Part shown: positions 36,189 to 47,768 of the stretch, piece after piece
Layout of the letters: each line of letters opens with the position of its first letter
How positions within the stretch are numbered: the first letter of the stretch is position 1
Position numbers and translations under genes: made by a program
Source of the DNA: Protoeuglena noctilucae
Taxonomy: Eukaryota
NCBI GenBank assembly: GCA_958009085.1
Contig: OY253679.1
Location: 124,001-188,000 of the forward strand
DNA: 64,000 bases
Direction: 5' to 3'
The notes under the pieces: generated by a model
What the model was told of the DNA's origin: nothing
The model's database searches: none
The model's input: only the letters and a program-made list of their open reading frames with translations

Positions 36189-39100
36189 ATGCCTGGGCAG
36201 GGAGATGACGCGGACGGGCGTGTGTTGCAGGACACAAGCGCTCTCTTCGACGAGGACGACAGCAGCGACGAGGATTACCAGCTGCCCAGCAGCTCGGCGA
36301 CTTCCACAGGCGCGCCCGCGCGAGATCCTGCGTTGTTGCATCCGCTAGTTTTCCAAGCGATGCATATATGCTAACTCTACCTGTTAAGCTGCGTTTGGGC
36401 GGCACCGGACGTCGCTCCCGGCGTGCCGACCTCGTTACTCGCCCAGCGTGCCCGTCGCGCGCCGTCCCCGCGCAGGCGACGACTCCTCCGCACCCGTCTC
36501 GGGGTCCGAGAGCGACTCCGACGAAGCACAAAGTGATGACTCGGACGCTGCGGCTTACGTGACCCTCGAGTCGATCGCGCGGGGCCGCGCCAGCGTGCCA
36601 GCCCCGCTTCCCGGCTCCATCTTCAACGTCCGTGCGCACGAGGGGGCCGCAGGCGAACATACGCGACGAAGACATGCAGGCGAGCGCGGCGCACGAGCGC
36701 GGCGTGGCAGGAGCGGCTCGCGGGGGCTCGCTGCTACTGCGTTGTGTCCAAATGCATTTGCTCCTCGCCGCCGCGATCGCAGGCGGAGCGGGCGGTGCGG
36801 ATGTGGAGGTTAATCACAATCGCACGCGCACGCACGCCGCGGCGTCGACCAGCACGGCGGGCAGGTCTACGGGGCGCTCTGGTCGCAAAGTGACCACCGC
36901 ACCGCTCTCTAGGGCTCTCGACAGCGCCGCAGAGGACACTCACACAAAGCACCGGGAACTGGCACTGGAGTGGCTCTTCGCCTGTGGGGCCGTGGACATG
37001 GGTGAGGACTCTTATGCACGCGATGGCATGCCAAGTCGGGTCCAGCCAACAAGCGTGGCGTGGTCGTGCATTCAAACCCTCACAGCTCATCACCTTTCCT
37101 TTCCCCCCCCCTTTACTGCGCAGCGGATGAGCACGACATCGACGATCTTCTGCACCCGCCCTCGCCCTCCCCGCACCCCACCACCACCACTGCTACCCCC
37201 ACCGCCACCGCCACCGCCACCACCGCCGCCCCCACTGCCACCATCGCCACGCGCAGTCGCCGCGACTTGCGCCGCTTCGACATCGATCAGCTCGCGGCAG
37301 CCGACGCGGGGTCCCATGAGCCGCTGCTGGGCCTGTGGGATGAGGACGAGGAGTACGGGGCATTCCTGGCGGGGCTGGCGGGGGCGGGGAAGGTGAGGGT
37401 TGATGTGTGATGTGGGGGCGTGGGTGTTGTTGGTGGGTGGGTAGGTGTGTTTGGGAGGGTGGGGGTGTGTGTCTGTGCAAGCTTGCCACCACCCTCACCC
37501 CTCTCACCACCCATCACTCACCACCCTCACTACCCCCACCCCCACACCCCCACACCCCCCCCCCCTCTCAGACTGCCCCGCTGTCTCCCAGCATGGATGC
37601 GGATGGCGATGAGGATGATGACCCGGACTTCCGAGTGGAGTGGGAAGAGTTGTTTGGGAGCGATGGGGAGGGGGAGGGAGGCGATGCGGAGATGGGTGAG
37701 ACTTGTGATGAGTGGGGTGATTGGATAGTATCATGGTTACTGTCATTGCTACTGTTACTATTGCTTAGTGTTGCTGGTATGTTTTGCATGCCCAGCTACC
37801 TGCACAGCAGGCAGTTTGATTAATTGCTTCTATCACTCTCATCCTTATCTGTCACTATCCTTTTACGCTCTTATCCTCTTATCTACAATATCTCCACTCT
37901 CCATCTTGCCAGAAAACGACGAGCTGAGGGGTCGATTGCGCGAGAGCATCCACCGCCGTCGGTTGGATGTGCTTTGCCACTCCAAACAACAAGGGACCAA
38001 TGGCAGGGAGTTGATAGAGACAGCAAGCGGCAGTGCGAATGCGAGGGACGGTGTTTATATGAATGGGAATGGGAATGGGGGCGCGGGCGGGGCTCGAAGT
38101 GGGATGCGTGTGGATGCACCCCCACCCCACCCGCTCTATCAGCGGGATCCCGGCTGTGTTTGCGAGGAGGCCATGCCGGGAGGGCCGTTCACGTGAGTGT
38201 AATTAGGAACACGATATTTGATGATTGATGATTGTCATTGCATGGAAGATAGCAACCGTGATCCATCGATAACAACTGGCCGCTTGATCGTTGCTGCTGC
38301 TGTAATACTATTATATTTGTTCTATATCCACGACAAGCTCTATTGGATATTATCCAATACAGTCCATAATCATGCATATTTCAAACTCAAACCCCTCCCC
38401 CGTCTCCCACCGCCCGTGCAGGGACCGTCAGTTGGCGTTGTTGGCGCGCCAGTCCCACGCGCACGCCCAGCTGCTGGCGACCGTGCTGTGCTGCGCTTTC
38501 AATAATAAAAAACACCTTAAGACGGAGAGGGAAGCGAGGCGGCTGATGGCGCAGCTCATGCAAGCCAGGGACCGGTGAGGTGGATGTGATTGATGGTAAT
38601 ATAGTTACTGTAGAAAGATATTATGTTACGTATGTGATGGATGGGGCTGTATAGCATGCGATGGATGGATGTTATTATATCAATTTAGAAAGGATTACTC
38701 AACCACTCACACCCCACCGTTCATCACTCTCACCCCCCATCCCCCAACCATCCACCCACCCACCCCCCCCTCCCCCGCAGTTTTGCATCTCTCAACCAAT
38801 CCCGTCTCACCCACCCCCTAGACCCCCTCGCATGTCGCCCCGTCCCACCCCCACCCCCCCACCGCCACATCCCCGGTCACCACTACCACCTCCCCCCCAG
38901 CCCCGCCCCGCCCTCCGCACCCCGCCACGGCCACTCGAAATTCAAAAATCGCGGCGCGGGGGCCCCCCAGTGTCAAACACCGACGCCGGCGGCGGCGGTG
39001 TCGGAATCAATTTCGCTGAGAGCGCCGGGTACGGTGCTGGTGGGGGTGACGGGGGACTTGCGGGGTCTTTACCCTCGCGACTGGGCGCCGCTGAGTGTGC

Positions 39101-41298
39101 CCGGGAGGCCGGTGTGGACGTTCCTGGACAACGCGTTCCTCAGGTGAGCGTATAGTACTAGTATAATTATTATATTATTTATTATTGTAAGTAATTGTTG
39201 AGCAATATTTAAAAAACATTTTTTCTTCACTTTTCCCCAGGGCACTTCCTGCCTTCCTTGCCACCCTCGCCGCCCTACCCACCGCCAATACACCCGCACC
39301 CGCCCCCTCACTCCTACCATCCACCATCACCCCACCCTCCCCATCCCTCTCATCCTCTATCGGCCCTGCATTCGCGTCATCCTTCTTTGGTCTTTTCAAC
39401 CCCCGCCTGCTCCCCACCCCACTGCGCAAAGTCGATGCGGGGGTGAAGGGGCACGGCATGCCCCACTTCACGCCGGTGAGGGGTGGGATGGGAAGACGAT
39501 TATAATTATTTAAGTTATTGTAGTTGTTGTTATTGTAGTTATATTATATATTAATCAAATATGCTTGTGTATTACTGTTGTCATGTGGTAGTGATGATCA
39601 CTGATGTGCTGGGACTGTTACCGGCGGCGTTACTGTTACTTATTGACCGCCTTCCATTCATATTCAAATTTCCATCCATATGCAAACCCATTATTCCCCA
39701 TTCATCTCATCCCCATTCTCAGTCCGAGGACCTCTTGCTGGCCCGATGCATTGAGAAGTGGGGTTGCGATTACGACAGCATGTCCGCCGATCTGCTGCCA
39801 GTATACTATTCGGGAGACATCGCTGTCAGATTGAGGGAGCTCAAGAAACGAGTGGGGTGGGGGAGGCATCCGGCTTGCCATGCATTGGGTGAGGATGGGT
39901 TGGAGGGGGTTGGTTGATGAGATAGGGATTGTGGGGATGTGGTGGGTGAGAGGGGAGTGGGGGTAGAGATATGTGGGATATTGTGAGGATGGATGTGGGA
40001 TGTGCTGGGTGAGGGGGGTTAGAAATGAGAGTGGGAGCGGCTTTGGAAAGGCGAGGGTTGTGGTGAGATGGCATGGCGATCCGCAGGATGAGGGGATGTG
40101 CAAGATGAGACTGAGTTGACAATAACATCAACATCAATTGACTACACAATTCATCACCTCTATCACCCCCTCCCTAATTGATAACACAATTTATTACCTC
40201 TATCACCCCTCCCCCCACATACCCCCCGCAGCTGCCCAGGACGCCCCCCCTTCTCCCGCGGAGTCCCGTTTTCTGGCAGCGCTGGTGGCGTCAGAAGGGG
40301 CGTTTTCTGCGGCCGAGAAAGCACCGGGGGATTTGCCCTGGCGAGATCCCCGCAAATTGCGAGCGATTCTGACGGGGGCAGTGCGGGCGGCGAGGGGTGG
40401 GAAGGGGAGGGGGAGGGGCGGGGGAGGTGAGGGGGTGTGGGGGGGCAATGGGGTGCGGGTGTGGGTGCGGGTGGGGGGGGGGGGGGTGTGGGTTTGGGTG
40501 TTGGTGTGGGTGTGGGTGTGGGGCTGATGGGGTGTTTGGGTGCCAGTGCTGGCGATGGGGTGAGGGTGTGGGTGAGTTGGATCTGTGTAATTATTAAGTA
40601 TTAATCACTCTCTTAATCCCTGGCCTTCCTTCGCAGGCCTCATGTCAGCGTCCATGGCTGTGCCAGAAAGGGACGTGCTGTCTGACAGCGATGACGACGT
40701 GGATATGGAAAATGGAATGGGAATGGTAAGAATGGGAATGGGAGTGGGGATGGGAGTGGGGATGGGAGTGGGTGTGGGGATGGGAGTGGGAATGGGGATG
40801 GGTGCAAGTGGCGTGGGTGGGATGGCAATGGGGAGGGCGGAGTGGGGCGCGGCAGCAATGGCGGAGAGGGACGTGATGTCGTCCGATTCAGGTGAATATT
40901 ATGGCTATTCAACGATGATAATAACAACTATATATCTTTTAGCACCTATCTTTTAGCACCAAAATGTATAAGATAGGGAGGGTGAAATGTAAAATAAAAC
41001 ATACTATTTATTATTGTTTTATTTCATTTTAGTCAACTCCACGTACGCTCCCTCCCTCCCCGCAGACGACGCTGCTCCGCCCCCACCCCTCGCCCACCCC
41101 GCCCCTCCGCCCCCCGCCACGCACTCAGCGGCACCCGAGCGCGTCGTTCTTTCCGATTCTGACAGTGAGAAAAATTCAAATGATTCAAATTCAAATTCGG
41201 AAGGGGACGGCGACTACGTGCCCAAGAGGCGGGGGCGGGTGGAGGGGCTGGGGGTGCGGGACCGGTTGCGGCAGCGGGGGAGGGGGGAGGGGGGGTAG
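36189..41298 (+). CDS. DUO3/GON4L-like nuclear protein with Myb/SANT-like domain
   Basis: IATRSRRDLRRFDIDQL, DEDEEYGAFLAGL, DEDDDPDF, PFTDRQLALLARQSHAHAQLL, FFGLFNPRLLP and FTP|SEDLLLARCIEKWGCDYDSM occur in the order of DUO3/GON4L conserved blocks as I recall them. GC donors at 36310 and 36680. First stop is TAG. Confidence 0.75.
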
Positions 41299-41654
41299 AT
41301 GAGGATTGGGGATACATGGGAGTTGTGGATAGGGTTGTTAAAATTCATATTGTGAATATTTTGTAACATTGTCAGTGGCCCAGTTGTTGTGCAGGGTGGG
41401 ACATGCGATGGGATGGCACCCTATTGCATTATTATTAATATTAGAGTTTGTTTAAGACTCGCTCGCGTTTCGCCAATCTCAGCGTGCGCGTATCGCGTCT
41501 CTCACATTTCAAAGATAAGATAAGACGGGGTGTTATGGAACGTCAACGCACGCCAGAGTGTGTGGGTGCAGCCAAGAGCACAAAAGCACAGTTCAAGGAC
41601 AGATATAGATGAGTAGGAAAGTAAACGCGCTGGCAGAGAGACAACAACCCCCCC

Positions 41655-44600
41655 TCACTCCGCATCCGCTTCGGGGATGAACAGCTTCTGCCTCCTCACG
41701 ATGTCCTTGCGGCATATGGGGCACTGGTCGATTCTACGGCTGCAACGCCGGCACATTACCGTGTGCCCGCAAGGGACCAGCGCGACCTGAATGGGCTTCT
41801 CGTAGCATATCACGCAATCGTGGCCCACCAGGCCCGCCGGCCGCTCGTCCCGCCGCTGCTGTGATGCGACAACCTTGCCGCCCTCCTCCTCACTGCTACC
41901 CCCCACCCCATTGCCACCCGCATTACCACCACCCGCGTTGCCACCCGCAGCGCGTACCTCGCCGCTCCCCGCGCTGCTCGCCGCCCGCCCCCGCAACCCC
42001 AACTGCCCTCCCTGCCACCCCCGCCAGCCCTGGGGCGGCGACGGCGGTGTGGGAGACCCTGCTGGTGTCGCTAGGGCATTATCCCCATTCGCTTGCACGC
42101 GGGGGGTGGTGGCGGAACCTACTGGGGTCGCTAGGGTGTCACCCGCCGGTGTGGGTGCGGGTGCGGGTGTGGGTGTGGGTGTGGGTGTGGGTGTGGGTGT
42201 GGGTGTGGTGGGGGGCGTGGTGGTGGCAGTGGGTGATGCGAAGGGTCGCGTGGATGACTGCCCAGGAGTGCGGTCGGCGATGGGCGTGGCGCCGGTGGGG
42301 GTGGCCATGCTGGTTGCAGATGGGGTGGCAGGGGTGGCAGCAGAGGGTGTGGCGTTGGCGGTGGGGGTGGCGGGGGAAGGGGGCGGCGACGCGGCTCTTT
42401 GCCGCGTGCGCGGCGCGGCGGTGGGAGTAGCCGGGCCGGGAGTGGCGGGGCCCGGAGAGACATGCGCATTGTCACATATCGCCACCTCCGCCCCCGCACC
42501 CACATCCACCCCCGCCCCTTGCTCAGCAACCGGCGGCATCCCCGCCAGCATGCGCCACGCCTGCGCCAAACCCTCCGCACCCCCTTCCGCCCCCTCATCT
42601 GTCCCATCCACCCCCGCACCCTCTCCCCCCTCCCGCACCCCACTCCCATCCGCCCCCGCCCCCTCCGCAGCCCCCAGCGACCCCTCCCTCACGTTTCTGG
42701 CAAACGTCGCCTCGCTGTCAGGATACGGCGACTGATCTCTGTCATCCCTCTCATCCACTCCCACAACATCCCCATCCACCCCCACCCCCACTGCTACCCC
42801 CACTCCCACCCCCACCCCGCGCCCCCAGTCCCCTTCCGGCGCCCACACGCCCGGCTCCGATGCGGTGTCCGTCCCCGCCAGGTTCGCGACACCGCTGACA
42901 CTGGCGCCCGCACTGGCACCCCATTCCAGCGCGGCGTCAGAGTCGGAGTGTCGGCGCGGGCGGGGCAGCGACGGGGCGGCATCCAAGGCTGCGAAGGGGG
43001 GGGAGGAAGGAGAACAATGGATTGTTCGTGTTGGTGACTGACGCATGTAGTACTACTAGTACAACACAGATGGCGCAGTCGCAGTGCTGCAGTCGATCTC
43101 GACTGTCTTGTCCCCTAGCATCCCCCCCTCTCCACTCCTCATGTCACCCCCCTCATGTCATCCAACCCCATCTCAACCCCCTCACCTCCCTTACCCCCCC
43201 CCATTCCTCATCACACCCCCACCGCTACCACCCCCTCACCTCCCTCGATGCCCCACTCCTCGTCCCCCTCATCCTCCGTGCAAGTGTCCTGCGACCCCAC
43301 AGACCCCATGTCGTCCTCCCCAAAGCGGAGAAGGGGGCGGGTGTCTGCGGGCAAAGAAGGGGGCGGGTGTCTGCGGGCAAAGCAAGATGGAAGGCACGTT
43401 TGTAGCGCAGGCGCAGAGCACAAAGCATAAGGCACCAGTCACATGCATCCTTCGCCCACTGCCACTCCGCGTTACATCTCTCATGTACCACCACAGAACC
43501 CTTCATCCACTCCCTATACCGCACTGCACCCTTCACCCACCCCCACCGCCACCCCCCACTGACCCCCCCAACCCCCCTCCCCCCCCCCCCTCACCCGAAT
43601 CGTCGTCGCTCTCCGCCCCCTCCCACGGCATGCGCTGGAACCCGTCCGTATCCGCATACACCTTTGCCACCAGCGCCCCCAGCACCGACACGCCCGTTGC
43701 CGCCCCCACCACCATCACCACCAGGAGCCACGCCGGCATGGACCAGAAGCCGCCGGAGCCGTCGCGGAGGGCGAACTGGGGGGGGGGGGGGGGGGGGGGG
43801 GAGGCGGGGGATTTGAATAATATTTGGAAAGTGTGTGGGAGAGGGTTAGGGAGGTGGGGCGGGTGCCCTTGCAGCCAGAAACCAAGGACAGACCCACTGA
43901 GAGAGCAACAATGTGCTAATTACCAACCACTCTTCGTGACACTCGCACACACCCAACCAAACAGTCCACAGTCACCGCCCCACTACCCCATCATCACCCA
44001 CCCCTACCCCCCCTCTCACCCGGCAGTCCGCCCCCCCCCACCCCTCGTGGCACTCGCACACGCCGAGCCGGCACGCCCCGTGGCCGTTGCAGTCATCCAG
44101 AGCCTCGCAGCCACCCTCGGCAGGCACCTCGTCCCCCACGCACATCCCGCAACACTCCACCGGGGCAACTGGCACCACGTCGCCGTCGCGGGAACGACGC
44201 GTGCCGCCATAGCCGACCACCGAGAGACCTGGGGGGGTGGGGAGTGGTGGTGGGTGGGGGTGGGTGATGTGGTGGGGCGGTGGGGGTGCGTGGGTGATTG
44301 GCGGTGGGGTGGGGTGCGTGGGTGGGGTGATGAGCGATGACGGGGGGCGAGCGAGCGGTGAGCGCGACAGTGATGAGCAAGGCAGTGATGAGCGTGAGCG
44401 AGGGGTGAGCAGGTGCACATACACACGTTGCGTCACACACACCGCGCAACAAGCTCCCACCTTGTTCCGGGCCCCCGCATCCGACGCCACTGGGCAGGGA
44501 CCTGCACCCGCATCGCGTGATGCGGAAAGCGCGGCCGGAGCGCAGGAGCAGAGCGGGAGAGCAGCATGACAGGGGGGCGTACGGGAAGTATAGGCTGTCC

Positions 44601-45560
44601 GCGACGCTGATGCTCGATCCGTCCGCGAAGCCGGTCGCGAAGTAGCCCACGGTAGAAGACGATTCGCACATCACGGCGTCGTTGCCGCGGCCGCTCGCGG
44701 TGTGGCAGCCGAGAGACACGACAGCGACGGGGGGGTCGTCTTTGAAGTCTGCGCGCGCGGGAGTGGGCCGGCGGGGTCGCAGGAAGGTAAAGGATAATAC
44801 GAAATCGCGACTGCGGGCGGCGGCGCACCGGGGAGGCCGGTCGGGGGGTCCTGCGGGTCGGGCAGGCATGGGCGACAGCAGACCGCGGGGGAGAGCGGCA
44901 CGAGGCCGCCGCCGAGCATCCAGGAGCCGATGTGCTCGAAGTCAGCCACGAAGAAACCGTCCTTCTGCGCGGGCGGGCGGGCGCGGGGGTCGCTGCCGGC
45001 GTCGTGCAGGTTGCCCTAAGAAGAAGACCGGACGAGCCGGGCGCCGGGGGGCACGCCGACCCGCGGGACGCTGTCCGGAGAGCAAAGCATCGACACTCGC
45101 CTCGCAGCTGAGATTCCCGGGCTCTCCCTGCGCCGCCTCGCAGTCACAGAGGGACAGCTGGGCCGTGGCACCCGTGGGGGCCACCTCGCCCGGGCCGCGG
45201 ATCGCCTGGGCATGCGAGTCGCCGAGGAACGTCACACGCGGTGCGAACGCGGCGTCGGCGAGGGCCAGCGCCGGGGCGAACGCCAGGACGACGGCTGCGA
45301 GCGTGGCGACACGGGACGCTGCGGGGGCCGCGGGTGCGGGGGCGTCGTCGAGCCCGGTGGGCGCGGGAGGTGTCTCTATGTCTCGTCGCTTCGCCCCACG
45401 CCGGCAAACGCCCCCGCTAGGCGCTGCTCGCGCGTGTCCGGCCTCCCAGCATTGCGTCGCGCAAGCATGACGAGGGCGCGGGGCCGCCGGGCCGCGCCGT
45501 TGTCAGTGCGCGGCACTCACCACGCCCCGAGCGCCCCGGCCGGCGAGCCGAAGCCTTCAT
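41655..45560 (-). CDS. Type I membrane RING-HC E3 ligase with Cys-rich and EGF-like ectodomain
   Basis: Signal-like [18 protein letters not shown]; Cys-rich segments ([21 protein letters not shown]); [92 protein letters not shown] donor at 45100. Confidence 0.85.
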
Positions 45561-45914
45561 GACTGCAATCGTGCACCAAAGATGTCACGGAGAGCAAGAG
45601 CTAGGCGCGGTGGTGCCGCGTCGATGCAGTTCTACTGTTCTTGACGAGTCCGTGCAGCCGGCCTCGTTTACCAGAGGCCAGGCCTTGCAGAGAGCCAATG
45701 ATTTGAAATGCTAGAGGATGACGAAGAGCTGGGCGCCGCGGCACGGTCAGCCGAGCGATAAACCCTACCCTAAGGCTGCACCATTTTGGTCGTCCGTTCG
45801 CTCGGCAAGATAGCCAGTCCTGCCCATTCTGTGATACTCCTCGTTGAAGTGCTCATAAAAGTAGCGCCCTGGAAAGCTTCACACACGGGCTTCGGGCACA
45901 GCTGAGCAGGAGCC

Positions 45915-47323
45915 ATGGCGAAGGAGGACGAGACGAAGGCCAGCGGCAGGGAGAAGCGGCCTGCTGCATCGGAGACTGCCCCAGAGGATGCCCGTCCGTA
46001 TCGCGTGCAGCTGGAGTCGTATGGATGGCTGGCGAGCGGCAGCACGGGTACGCGATGGCAGCGGAATGAGGACCGCCCGCGTCCGCGCACATCCCTGCGT
46101 CGATTCGGCATCCCGTCCTCCCCCGCAGCCGGGAAGCGAGCGAAAGTGATCGAGGGCGTCGGCGGAGCGACGGCGCTGGGCCTGAAAGCGCAGCTATACA
46201 GCGCGCAGGAGGCAGCGCGGCAGCGTGGCCCCGGCATAGCTGCGCCGAGCGCGCGGGAGATCGCCGCGCTGCGGGACCCGTATGCGCGCAAGAACCGTGG
46301 ACTGGAGGAGCGCATGGCGCGCGACGACGCGGCGCGGGCGGCGGAGGACAAGGAGGCGACGTATCGGTGCGCAGGGATGGTGCGCAATTCATGGCGATGC
46401 GCGTGCGGAATAGGAGATTTGCGCGCTTGACTTTTTCTCCTATGTCACCTCCTCACGCAGATCCAACTTGGAGCGCAAGGCTGCGCTTTACGAGCGCCTG
46501 GCGTCCGGGGCAGCAGCGGACGGGGACGGGGGCGAGGCGTCAGCGCGATTCGAAGTGGACTTCCTGGCCAAGAGTTTTAAGGGTAATGCGGGGGCCGCTG
46601 TGGGGGAATCGAGCTGGCGGGACGCGGGGGGCGACGCGTGGGATGGGGACGGGTGGGGCGGGTCGGGGGTGACGGAGGCGGACGGGCGGCGGATGGTGTC
46701 GCGGGCGGGGGTGCGGGGCCGCGCGGGGCTGGGGGACGCGGCGGAGGGGCGGGCCGCGTGGGAGAGAGACGAAGCGGAGGTGGGGAGGGGCGGGGATGCA
46801 TGGCGGGTGGTGTTGCAGAGCGCACTGTCGCGCAGCGATGCGCAGTGCAGCCTCGCGTGGGCGGGCGATGCCTCGGGGTGTAGCAGCGATCGGCTTGTGT
46901 TGTTTCGAGTGCCTGCAGCGCGCGGTGGCGGCGGAGGCGCGCGCAGAGGAGGAGCGGCAGCGTCGGGTGCAGCTGGTGCGGGAGGTGGGCGCCGAGACGG
47001 CGGAGGGCCGGGCGCGGGCGGCAGAGCTGCGGCGGAGGCAGCAGGACGAGCGCAGCGCCAAGAGGGAGCGGCTCAAGGCCATGCTGATCGAGCGTCGCGT
47101 CGCGGAGGCGAGTGCGATGTGCTGCGACGTGTTTGCATGCGCTTGCGGCGTTGCTCCTCTCTGTCCGGGCCTGGCACAGTCTTGATTTCTTCAAGATATC
47201 AATGATGTCTCTCGAGCGCAGGAGAAGGCCAAATTGGAGCAGGAGTCCCCCGGGGTCATCGTAGAACTGACCAAGCCCGCGCCCGCGCCGGACAGCCGCG
47301 AGGGAGGAGGCGCGGGGGGCTGA
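45915..47323 (+). CDS. CCDC174-like coiled-coil nuclear protein
   Basis: IEGVGGATALGLKAQLY, KNRGLEERMARD, LERKAALYERL, RFEVDFLAK, then a charged coiled coil. GC donor at 47108; TGTAA at about 47378. Confidence 0.7.
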
Positions 47324-47768
47324 GGACTTCACACGTTCGCTGCGGAAGCGATTGCCGACGCGAGTGAGGGCAATGCGTGTAACCCGGCGGCCGGGTCAAA
47401 CTCGCCGGGTCAAACTGCCAGCTAGGCATCTGACACCCGCAGCGACGCAACGCGGCGCTTACGCGGCTCCAGCGCGGACCCGAGAGCCATTGCGAATGAA
47501 TCGCTCGCTCCTGTGGCATCTGCAGAGCTAGATACCCCTCCTTGACTGTCTAACAGGCGTTCACGGGTGACCCGTGGCCAGGCGTTATCGGTGAGAGCGC
47601 GGGGCCGACTCGACCGATATGGCCGCACCAAACCTCGTTATATATGTTGGTTTTACATGTCGCGCTCATCGGGGCCAAAGGTGCGTGCGCGTTTGTGTCC
47701 CCTTGCTGGCGCCACGTCAACGTCGCTCCCCTAGACCCGCCCGCAGGCCCCCGCTGCGCTGCGTCAGG

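Noticed and set aside
42150..42210. (GGTGTG)n and (GCGGGT)n tracts as telomeric or CRISPR-like repeats
   Set aside because: They are coding microsatellites for (Thr-Pro)n and (Ala-Gly)n. There are no spacers or cas genes, and the context is eukaryotic.
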